Of a stretch of DNA of 64,000 bases, positions 35,805 through 44,059 are shown in pieces. Each line of letters begins with the position of its first letter. The stretch's first letter is position 1. Under the pieces are notes generated by a model. It saw nothing but the letters and a program-made list of their open reading frames with translations. It was not told where the DNA came from and ran no database searches. The stretch is taken from positions 30,024-94,023 of the forward strand of contig CAVYYD010000012.1 in the NCBI GenBank assembly GCA_963772645.1, in the 5' to 3' direction. Origin of the DNA: an uncultured Actinomycetota bacterium (GTDB lineage Bacteria > Actinomycetota > Actinomycetes > Actinomycetales > Dermatophilaceae). The translations under genes and the position numbers were made by a program.

Positions 35805-36563
35805 ATGACCACGGTGGAGCGCGGCCCGATGCGCCGGGAGCGTCACGGCGCACCGCCCGCGGCGCGCGGCGGCAGCGTCCTCGTCATGGCCAAGGCCCCC
35901 GTCGCCGGGCTGGCGAAGACGCGGCTGGCCGCCGTCGTCGGCGACGCCCCGGCCGCCCGGCTGGCGGCCGCCGCCCTGCTGGACACCCTCGACGCCGCGG
36001 CCGGCGCCTACCCGCCCGGGCGGCGGGTGCTGGCCCTCGACGGCGACCTGCACGACGCCGTCCGGGCCGAGGAGCTGCGGTCAGCGGCGCGGGAGTGGGT
36101 CGTCGTGCGCCAGCGCGGGAACGGCTTCGCCGAGCGCCTCGTCGACGGCCACCGCCGGGCCCACCGGTTGGTCGGCGGACCCGTCCTCCAGGTCGGTATG
36201 GACACCCCCCAGCTCTGGCCCGCGCTCCTGCGCCGGGTCGCCGACCTCGCCGACCGGCACGACCGGCCGGTGCTCGGCCCCGCGCTCGACGGCGGCTGGT
36301 GGGTGCTCGTGACGACCCACCCCCGCCAGGCGAGAGTGCTCGCCGGCGTCCCGATGAGCCGCCCGGACACCGGCCGGCTCACCGCCGCCGCGCTCCGGTA
36401 CGCCGGGGCGGACCCGCTCGGGGGCCCGCTGCTGCGCGACGTCGACGAGGTCGAGGACGCCCGCGCCGTCGCCGCCGCGGCCCCGGACAGCCGCTTCGCC
36501 CGCGAGTGGCGCGAGCTCGTCGCCGCCGGCGCCGGGTCCCGGCGCGCCGCCCGGCCGGCCTGA
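35805..36563 (+). CDS. DUF2064-family (TIGR04282-like, glycosyltransferase-fold) protein
   Basis: VLVMAKAPVAGLAKTRLA...LDTL...VVVRQRGNGFAERL...QVGMDTPQL...GPALDGGWWVL. Confidence 0.75.
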   Translation: MTTVERGPMRRERHGAPPAARGGSVLVMAKAPVAGLAKTRLAAVVGDAPAARLAAAALLDTLDAAAGAYPPGRRVLALDGDLHDAVRAEELRSAAREWVVVRQRGNGFAERLVDGHRRAHRLVGGPVLQVGMDTPQLWPALLRRVADLADRHDRPVLGPALDGGWWVLVTTHPRQARVLAGVPMSRPDTGRLTAAALRYAGADPLGGPLLRDVDEVEDARAVAAAAPDSRFAREWRELVAAGAGSRRAARPA

Positions 36564-36661
36564 GCGAGCCGACGCCCGGGTGGCCCGGCCGCCGCGTCGC
36601 GCAGGCCCCGCCGGAGCCTCCGGGTCCGTAGCGTGGGGGCCCACCCACCCGAGGAGGACCC

Positions 36662-38338
36662 GTGCGGAGCAGCGACGTCGGCGACGTCTGGTGGAAGTCG
36701 GCGGTCGTCTACTGCGCCGACGTCCAGACCTTCCAGGACAGCGACGACGACGGCCAGGGCGACCTGCGCGGCCTGACCAGCCGGCTGGAGTACCTCGCCG
36801 ACCTCGGGGTCACCGTCCTCTGGCTGATGCCGCTCTACCCGACCGCGGGACGGGACGACGGCTACGACATCACCGACTTCCTCGGCGTGGACCCCCGGCT
36901 CGGGGACCTCGGGGCCTTCGTCGAGATGGTGCGCACGGCCCGGGCCTGCGGCATCCGGGTCATCGTCGACTTCGTGATGAACCACACCTCCGACCGCCAC
37001 CCCTGGTTCCGCAGCGCACGGCGCAGCACCGAGGACCCCTACCGGGGCTACTACGTGTGGAGCGCGCGGAAGCCACCGTCGGGCAAGGACGAGGTGGTCT
37101 TCCCCGACGCCGAGGACAGCATCTGGGAGCTCGACGACCGCACCGGCCAGTGGTACCTGCACCACTTCTACCGGACCCAGCCCGACCTCGACGTCGCCAA
37201 CCCCCGGGTGCGCGAGGAGATCGCCCGGACGCTCGGCTTCTGGCTCCAGCTCGGGGTCAGCGGATTCCGGGTCGACGCCGTCCCGTTCCTCTTCGAGCGC
37301 GACGACTACCCCGGCTCCCACGAGGGCTCCTTCCACCCGATGCGCTACCTCGTCGACGTCCGTGGCTTCGTCGGCAGGCGGCTCGGCGACGCCGTGCTCC
37401 TCGGCGAGGTGAACCTCCCCTACGCCGAGCAGCAGGCGTTCTTCGGGGGCCAGGACGGCGACGGGCTCAACCTCCAGTTCGACTTCAACGGGATGGAGGC
37501 GCTCTACCTCTCGCTGGCCCGAGGCGACGCCGGGCCGCTCGCCGCCGCGCTGCGGGAACGCCCCGCCCTCGACGTGACGAGCCAGTGGGCCAACTTCGTG
37601 CGCAACCACGACGAGCTCACCCTCGACAAGCTGACCCCGTCGCAGCGGAAGGAGGTCTTCGCCGCCTTCGGGCCGGACCCCGGGATGCAGCTCTACGGGC
37701 GCGGGCTGCGCCGCCGGCTGCCACCGATGCTCGGCGGGGACCAGCGACGGATCCGGTCGGTGTACTCCTTGATGTTCTCGCTGCCCGGCACGCCGGTCCT
37801 CTTCTACGGGGAGGAGATCGGGATGGGCGAGAACCTCGACGTCGAGGGCCGGCTCGCGGTGCGCACGCCGATGCAGTGGACCGCCGGCCCGAACGGTGGG
37901 TTCTCCGGGGCCCCCCGCCGGCGGCTGCCCCGGCCGATGACCCGTGGCGAGTTCGGTCCCGAACAGGTCAACGTCGCCGACCAGCGCCGCGACCCCGACT
38001 CGCTGTGGACCTTCATGCGCACCCTGGTCCACCGCTACCGGCAGATGCCCGAGCTCGGCTGGTCCACCGTCGAGGTGCTCGAGCACGGCACCCCGTCCGT
38101 GCTCGCCCACGTCTCGCACTGCGACGGCTGGCGGATGCTCGCGCTGCACAACCTCGCCGGCGAGGCGGCGACCGTGTCGCTGCGCCTGGACGACGCCGAC
38201 GGGCGGGTCCTGCACGACGTCCTCGGCACCGGGGCGGAGATCCGGGTCGGCGACGGGGGCCGGGTGCAGGCGGTGCTCGAACCGTACGAGGGCCGCTGGC
38301 TGCGAGTGCTCGCGCCGGGCGAGGAGCCGTTCGCCTAG
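36662..38338 (+). CDS. GH13 alpha-amylase-family enzyme (trehalose synthase / alpha-glucosidase-like)
   Basis: WWKSAVVYCADVQTFQDSDDDGQGDLRGLTSRLEYLADLGVTVLWLMPLYP, VIVDFVMNHTSDRHPWF, GFRVDAVPFL, GEVN, FVRNHDELT. Confidence 0.85.
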   Translation: MRSSDVGDVWWKSAVVYCADVQTFQDSDDDGQGDLRGLTSRLEYLADLGVTVLWLMPLYPTAGRDDGYDITDFLGVDPRLGDLGAFVEMVRTARACGIRVIVDFVMNHTSDRHPWFRSARRSTEDPYRGYYVWSARKPPSGKDEVVFPDAEDSIWELDDRTGQWYLHHFYRTQPDLDVANPRVREEIARTLGFWLQLGVSGFRVDAVPFLFERDDYPGSHEGSFHPMRYLVDVRGFVGRRLGDAVLLGEVNLPYAEQQAFFGGQDGDGLNLQFDFNGMEALYLSLARGDAGPLAAALRERPALDVTSQWANFVRNHDELTLDKLTPSQRKEVFAAFGPDPGMQLYGRGLRRRLPPMLGGDQRRIRSVYSLMFSLPGTPVLFYGEEIGMGENLDVEGRLAVRTPMQWTAGPNGGFSGAPRRRLPRPMTRGEFGPEQVNVADQRRDPDSLWTFMRTLVHRYRQMPELGWSTVEVLEHGTPSVLAHVSHCDGWRMLALHNLAGEAATVSLRLDDADGRVLHDVLGTGAEIRVGDGGRVQAVLEPYEGRWLRVLAPGEEPFA

Positions 38339-38346
38339 GTGGTGCC

Positions 38347-40143
38347 TCAGCCGTCGCCGCTGTCCAGCGGGTGCGTGGTGCTGTAGGGGTGCGGGCGCTT
38401 CTCGAGCACGGCCGAGAGCGACCGGGCGCGCGCGTCGGACCAGCCCGGGGGCTGGGTGATCGCGGCCCAGGCCGTCATGTTCGCCGTCGCCGAGTAGAGG
38501 TGGCCGTACCCCATGGGGACGTTGCCGGCTCCGGGCAGGTCGAGCAGCACCTGGACCATCGTGACGATCGGGAACCAGCCCATCTGCGGTGAGACGTCCG
38601 GCCCGCGCTGGCCGTCGCGCAGCCACTCCGGGGGGCTGAAGGCGAGGTCCTGGTCGAAGAAGACCACGGGGTCCGAGGCGTGCTGGAGGTAGACGATGCG
38701 GGTCGGACCCCAGGTGCTGGGACTCCGGTTCAAGCCGTTCTGCTCCGCGGTGAACCGGACGGTGCGGCCACGACCGTAGATGGGCAGCCAGGCGGGGCTG
38801 CCCGGGTCCCGGTTCGCGACGAGCTGGGCGTGCACGGGGTTGACGAAGGGGGGTCCGACGAGGAGCGCTCCGTCGATCGGCTCGTTGATCATGTTGATCG
38901 AGCCGAGGATGCTCTCGACGCCGTACGAGCCGAGCGAGAGGCCGTAGAGGTAGAGCCGCGGTCGGCTCGTGGGCGGCAGCGTCGACCAGTACCCCTGCAC
39001 CGCCTGGAAGACCGCCTGCGAGGTCTCCTTCACCGCCTCCTGGTCGGCGAGGAGGGAGATCCAGCTCGGCAGGTAGGAGTACTGGACCCCGGCGATCGCG
39101 GTGTCGCCGTTCCACATGAACTCCAGCGGGTCGGTGCCGTTGCGGTCCAGGTAGCCGGTCCCGGTGGTCGTCGCGACGACGAGCACCTTGCGGTCGAAGG
39201 CCCCGGTGCGCTTCAGCTCCTCGACGACGAGCCGAGCGCGCTCCTGGACCGTGTCGGCGCTCTTGAGCCCGACGTAGACGCGGACCGGCAGCTTGGCTCC
39301 GCCCCCGCTGACGGCGTTGATCTCGTCGACGGTCGGGCCACCCGAGACGAAGCGGCGGCCCTCCATCCCGAGCTGGCGCCAGTCGACGAGGGAGCCGGGC
39401 CCCCCTGAGCGCAGCGGGGAGGTCGGAGCCGAGCTGCCCGGGCGGATCGCGCTGTCCGGCGGGGCGGAGAGCGCGTTGGCGGCGGCGAAGAACCCGTTGA
39501 CGAGGACGCCGGTGAACAGGGCCCACGCGACGACCACGACGACGACCCCGCCGAGCAGGCTGGACAGCTCGCGGGAGAGCCGCCGGGCCAGGACGCGGCG
39601 CAGCCGGCCGAAGGCGGCCCGCACGCCGCGGGCGAGCACGAGGAGCAGGGCGGCGACCAGCAGGGTGACGGCGAGGATGAGGGGCCAGCCGCTCGGCCCG
39701 ATCGGCTCCATGCCGTACAACCGGCGGATCTCGTTCTGCCAGCCGACCTGCTTCCACACCGCCAGGACGGCGAGGGTCAGGACGGCCCCGACGGACAGGG
39801 TGAGGGCGACGGCCCGGGCGGTCGGGGGCACCCGCGGGATGCGCAGGTAGCGGTACAGGGTGGAGGCCGAGGCGCCGAGCCCGTAGCCGAGCGCGAGGCT
39901 GACCCCGGAGATGATCCCCTGGACCACGGCGTCACGGGGGAGCAGCGAGGGCAGGAGGGAGATGGTGAGGAAGAACAGGCCGGTGACCAGCCCGGCCCCG
40001 GAGAAGCGCAGCTCGGTGACCCGGGCCGGCCGGCCGAGCGGCGGCTCGAGCCGGCGCAGCAGCTGGCCCGCCTCGACCGCCGCGCGGACCGCGGCGGGCT
40101 GCCGGTCCCGCGCGTCGCGGTGCGGTGGTGCGTCGAGCGCCAT
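38347..40143 (-). CDS. Membrane-anchored alpha/beta-hydrolase-family protein (Abhydrolase_9-like)
   Basis: It runs from ATG 40143 with 4-5 N-terminal TM helices, then LVVATTTGTGYLD and YLYGLSLGSYG (GxSxG nucleophile elbow). Confidence 0.75.
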   Translation of the reverse strand: MALDAPPHRDARDRQPAAVRAAVEAGQLLRRLEPPLGRPARVTELRFSGAGLVTGLFFLTISLLPSLLPRDAVVQGIISGVSLALGYGLGASASTLYRYLRIPRVPPTARAVALTLSVGAVLTLAVLAVWKQVGWQNEIRRLYGMEPIGPSGWPLILAVTLLVAALLLVLARGVRAAFGRLRRVLARRLSRELSSLLGGVVVVVVAWALFTGVLVNGFFAAANALSAPPDSAIRPGSSAPTSPLRSGGPGSLVDWRQLGMEGRRFVSGGPTVDEINAVSGGGAKLPVRVYVGLKSADTVQERARLVVEELKRTGAFDRKVLVVATTTGTGYLDRNGTDPLEFMWNGDTAIAGVQYSYLPSWISLLADQEAVKETSQAVFQAVQGYWSTLPPTSRPRLYLYGLSLGSYGVESILGSINMINEPIDGALLVGPPFVNPVHAQLVANRDPGSPAWLPIYGRGRTVRFTAEQNGLNRSPSTWGPTRIVYLQHASDPVVFFDQDLAFSPPEWLRDGQRGPDVSPQMGWFPIVTMVQVLLDLPGAGNVPMGYGHLYSATANMTAWAAITQPPGWSDARARSLSAVLEKRPHPYSTTHPLDSGDG

Positions 40144-40434
40144 CCTGCCTCCACCCGTGGCTCGCCGGGGTGCTTCCACGAGAAGGGTAGGGCCGCGGGC
40201 TGTGGACGGTCCCGGGGTTTCGCCGGGCAGTCGGCGCGGTGCCCTCCCGGGCCGGACCGTTCCGGGGGTCCGGTCCGGGCCGGTACGGTGTAACCGACAC
40301 CGGCAGTGGCCGCCGCCGCACCCAGCGCGTGGCCACCTCGACCCCTGCCGGCCGGACCGGGACACCACCGCCCGCGCGAGGCCGGCACCGACGCGGCGCC
40401 CGTCACCACGGACGCCCGGGAGAAGGAGTGCCCC

Positions 40435-41634
40435 GTGAGCGACAACGAGGTCGCCGCCCCCCTGGAGACCGCGTTCGGCGTGGACCACCACGTCAGCCGT
40501 GCGCAGGCCCCGGACCGCCCGCTCGCCGAGGGCGGACCGGAGATGGTCCAGCTGCTCAGCCCCGAGGGGGAGCGCGTGCCGAACCCCGAGCTGGACCCCG
40601 TCGTCGACGCCCTGACGGACGAGGAGCTGCGCGGTTTCTACCGTGACCTCCTCCTCATCCGGCGCTTCGACACCGAGGCGACGGCGCTGCAGCGCCAGGG
40701 CGAGCTCGGCCTGTGGGCCAGCCTGCTCGGCCAGGAGGCCGCGCAGGTGGGCTCCGGCCGTGCCCTGCGGCGCCAGGACTACGCCTTCCCGACCTACCGC
40801 GAGCACGGCGTCGCGTGGTGCCGTGGCGTCGACCCGGTGAACCTGCTCGGCATGTTCCGCGGGGTCAACCACGGGGGCTGGGACCCCAACGAGAAGAACT
40901 TCCACCTCTACACGATCATCATCGGCGCCCAGACCCTGCACGCCACCGGCTACGCGATGGGTGTCCAGCGCGACGGCGACGTCGGCACCGGCGACGACGA
41001 GCGGGACACCGCCGTCATCGCCTACTTCGGGGACGGGGCCACCTCGCAGGGCGACGTCTCGGAGTCCCTCGTCTTCGCCGGCGTCAACAACAGCCCGGTC
41101 GTCTTCTTCTGCCAGAACAACCAGTGGGCGATCTCCGAGCCGAACGAGAAGCAGACCCGCGTCCCCCTCTACCACCGTGCCCGTGGGTTCGGCTTCCCCG
41201 GGATCCGGGTCGACGGCAACGACGTCCTCGCCGTCTACGCGGTGACCAAGCAGGCCCTCGACGCCGCCCGGTCCGGCCAGGGGCCCACCTTCGTCGAGGC
41301 CTTCACCTACCGGATGGGCGCCCACACGACCTCCGACGACCCGACGAAGTACCGGGTCTCGGCCGAGGTCGAGGTGTGGAAGCACCGCGACCCGATCCAG
41401 CGCTTCAAGCGCTGGCTCACCACGACCGGCCGGGCCGACGGCGAGTTCCTCGCGGCCGTCGACGCCGAGGCCGACGAGCTGGGCGCGAGCGTCCGCGAGC
41501 GCTGCCTGGCGATGCCCGACCCCGACGGCACCGCGATGTGGGAGCACGTCTACGCCGAGGCGCACCCGGTGATGGAGCGTGAGCGCGCGTGGTTCGAGGA
41601 CTACCACGCCTCGTTCGAGGGGGCGGGCCGATGA
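40435..41634 (+). CDS. pdhA: 2-oxoacid (pyruvate/branched-chain keto acid) dehydrogenase E1 alpha subunit
   Basis: GAAGGAG lies 5 nt before GTG 40435. Motifs are FPTYREHG, YFGDGATSQGDVSESL, FCQNNQWAIS and RVDGNDVLAV. Confidence 0.9.
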   Translation: MSDNEVAAPLETAFGVDHHVSRAQAPDRPLAEGGPEMVQLLSPEGERVPNPELDPVVDALTDEELRGFYRDLLLIRRFDTEATALQRQGELGLWASLLGQEAAQVGSGRALRRQDYAFPTYREHGVAWCRGVDPVNLLGMFRGVNHGGWDPNEKNFHLYTIIIGAQTLHATGYAMGVQRDGDVGTGDDERDTAVIAYFGDGATSQGDVSESLVFAGVNNSPVVFFCQNNQWAISEPNEKQTRVPLYHRARGFGFPGIRVDGNDVLAVYAVTKQALDAARSGQGPTFVEAFTYRMGAHTTSDDPTKYRVSAEVEVWKHRDPIQRFKRWLTTTGRADGEFLAAVDAEADELGASVRERCLAMPDPDGTAMWEHVYAEAHPVMERERAWFEDYHASFEGAGR

Positions 41635-42605
41635 GCCAGACCACGACCCTGGCCAAGGGCATCACCAGCGGCCTGCGGGCGGCGATGGAGAAGGACTCCC
41701 GGGTCGTCCTCATGGGCGAGGACATCGGCAAGCTCGGCGGGGTGTTCCGGGTCACCGAGGGGCTGCAGAAGGACTTCGGCGAGGAGCGGGTCATCGACAC
41801 CCCGCTGGCGGAGGCCGGCATCGTCGGCACCGCGATCGGGATGGCGCTGCGCGGGTACCGGCCGGTCGTCGAGATCCAGTTCGACGGGTTCGTCTACCCG
41901 GCCTTCGACCACATCGTCAGCCAGGTGGCCAAGCTGCACGCCCGCTCGCTCGGCACCGTGACGGTGCCGATCGTCATCCGGATCCCGTTCGGCGGGGGCA
42001 TCGGGGCGGTCGAGCACCACAGCGAGTCCAACGAGGCGTACTTCGCGCACACCGCGGGCCTGCGGGTCGTCGCGGTGTCGAACCCGCACGACGCGCACTG
42101 GATGATCCAGCAGGCGATCGAGACCGACGACCCGGTGCTCTTCTACGAGCCGAAGCGTCGGTACTGGGACAAGGGCGAGGTCGGCGAGGGCCCGGACGGC
42201 CCGCTCGGCACCGCCCGGGTGCTCCGCGAGGGCAGCGACCTGACGCTGCTCGCCTACGGACCGATGGTCAAGACCTGCCTCCAGGCCGCGCAGGCCGCCG
42301 AGGAGGAGGGCCGCTCGCTCGAGGTCGTCGACCTCCGCTCGCTCTCCCCGCTCGACCGGGGCGCCGTCCTCGGCTCGGTGCGCAAGACCGGCCGGGCCGT
42401 CGTCGTCCACGAGGCGTCGACGTTCCTCGGGATGGGCTCGGAGATCGCGGCGATGGTCACCGAGGAGGCGTTCTACTCGCTCGAGGCGCCGGTGCTGCGG
42501 GTCGGCGGCTACAACGTGCCGTACCCACCGAGCCGGCTCGAGGAGGAGTTCCTCCCCGACCTCGACCGCGTGCTCGACGCCGTCGACCGCTCGCTCGCGT
42601 ACTGA
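41631..42605 (+). CDS. pdhB: 2-oxoacid dehydrogenase E1 beta subunit
   Basis: ATGA overlap with E1 alpha. Motifs are VVLMGEDIGKLGGVFRVTEGL, RVIDTPLAEAGIVG and EIQFDGFVYPAFD. Confidence 0.9.
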   Translation: MSQTTTLAKGITSGLRAAMEKDSRVVLMGEDIGKLGGVFRVTEGLQKDFGEERVIDTPLAEAGIVGTAIGMALRGYRPVVEIQFDGFVYPAFDHIVSQVAKLHARSLGTVTVPIVIRIPFGGGIGAVEHHSESNEAYFAHTAGLRVVAVSNPHDAHWMIQQAIETDDPVLFYEPKRRYWDKGEVGEGPDGPLGTARVLREGSDLTLLAYGPMVKTCLQAAQAAEEEGRSLEVVDLRSLSPLDRGAVLGSVRKTGRAVVVHEASTFLGMGSEIAAMVTEEAFYSLEAPVLRVGGYNVPYPPSRLEEEFLPDLDRVLDAVDRSLAY

Positions 42606-42619
42606 AAGGCCTGCCGCAG

Positions 42620-44056
42620 ATGGCTCTTCGTGAGTTCAAGCTCCCGGACCCCGGTGAGGGGCTGACCGAGGCCGAGATCGTCACGTGGCACGTCGCGCCC
42701 GGCGACACCGTCAAGGTCAACGACGTCGTCGTCGAGATCGAGACGGCCAAGTCGCTCGTCGAGCTGCCCGTCCCGTTCCCCGGGACCATCGGGCAGCTCC
42801 TCGTCTCCGAGGGCGACACCGTCGAGGTCGGCACCCCGATCCTCACCGTCGAGGACGGCGCGGCCGGCGGCGCCCCGGCGCCGGCGGCCGGGTCCGACGA
42901 GGGAGCCCCGGGTGCCGGAGGCGCCGACGGCGCCGGGGGTGCCGACGCTGCCTCGGGTGGCGGGGGGGCTGCTGCCGGTGGCTCGATGGGGGGACGGACC
43001 GCGGTGCTCGTCGGGTACGGCGTGCGGCAGACCGAGGCGAAGCGGCGCCCCCGCCGCCCGGCCGCGCCCGGCGACGGCGCGCCCGGTGACCTCGCGGCCC
43101 CGGACGCCGTCCCCGCCCCGGCGCCGGACGGCTCGATGACCGGGGAGCGGGTGCGTGCCCTGGCCAAGCCGCCGGTCCGCAAGCTGGCCAAGGACCTCGG
43201 CGTCGACCTCGGGTCGCTCACCCCGACCGGGGAGGGTGGCGTCGTCACCCGCGCCGACGTCGAGGCGGCGGCCTCGGGGTCGAGCGCCGCCGGGACGGCG
43301 CCGGCCCGCCCGGCGGCCGGTGGCACCGGCGAGGCCGGCGCCGGCCGGGAGACCCGGGTCCCGGTCAAGGGCGTTCGGCGGATGTCCGCCCAGGCGATGG
43401 TCGCCTCGGCCTTCACCGCGCCGCACGTCACCGAGTGGGTCGAGGTCGACGTCACCGCGACGATGGAGCTGGTCGAGAGGCTGCGGCGCGACCCGGAGTT
43501 CCGCGAGGTCAAGGTCACCCCGATGACGGTCCTCGCCAGGGCGATGTGCCTCGCGGTGCGGCGCCACCCGGGGGTCAACGCGACCTGGGACGAGGACGCG
43601 AAGGAGATCGTCCTCAAGCACTACGTCAACCTCGGCATCGCCGCCGCGACCCCGCGCGGCCTCGTCGTCCCCAACGTCAAGGACGCCGACCGGATGACGC
43701 TGGTGGAGCTGGCGCGAGCCATCGGCGAGCTCACCGCCACCGCCCGCGAGGGCCGCACCCAGCCCGCCGACATGGCCGGCGGGACACTGACGATCACCAA
43801 CGTCGGGGTCTTCGGTGTCGACGGCGGCACCCCCATCCTCAACCCCGGCGAGTCCGCGATCATGGCCTTCGGCTCGGTCACCCGCCGCCCCTGGGTCGTC
43901 GGGGAGGGGGCCGACGAGCGGATCGAGCCGCGGTGGGTCACCACCCTCGCGTTGTCCTTCGACCACCGGCTCGTCGACGGCGAGCTCGGGTCACGGTTCC
44001 TCGCCGACGTCGCGGCGGTCCTGTCCGACCCCGCGCGCGCGCTCGTCTGGGGCTGA
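42620..44056 (+). CDS. Dihydrolipoamide acyltransferase E2 (lipoyl, PSBD and catalytic domains)
   Basis: EFKLPDPGEGLTEAEI...VVEIETAKSLVELP (lipoyl-Lys), an Ala/Gly/Pro linker, LAKPPVRKLAKDLGVDL (E3-binding) and SFDHRLVDGELG (catalytic His). Confidence 0.9.
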   Translation: MALREFKLPDPGEGLTEAEIVTWHVAPGDTVKVNDVVVEIETAKSLVELPVPFPGTIGQLLVSEGDTVEVGTPILTVEDGAAGGAPAPAAGSDEGAPGAGGADGAGGADAASGGGGAAAGGSMGGRTAVLVGYGVRQTEAKRRPRRPAAPGDGAPGDLAAPDAVPAPAPDGSMTGERVRALAKPPVRKLAKDLGVDLGSLTPTGEGGVVTRADVEAAASGSSAAGTAPARPAAGGTGEAGAGRETRVPVKGVRRMSAQAMVASAFTAPHVTEWVEVDVTATMELVERLRRDPEFREVKVTPMTVLARAMCLAVRRHPGVNATWDEDAKEIVLKHYVNLGIAAATPRGLVVPNVKDADRMTLVELARAIGELTATAREGRTQPADMAGGTLTITNVGVFGVDGGTPILNPGESAIMAFGSVTRRPWVVGEGADERIEPRWVTTLALSFDHRLVDGELGSRFLADVAAVLSDPARALVWG

Positions 44057-44059
44057 GCC

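Noticed and set aside
40144-40434. The 290-nt untranslated region upstream of E1alpha as a riboswitch, small RNA or tRNA.
   Set aside because: It contains GC hairpins (for example ggccggaccg...cggtccgggcc) but nothing I can match to a known riboswitch or cloverleaf. It is also the divergent promoter region for the alpha/beta-hydrolase gene. I leave it unassigned.
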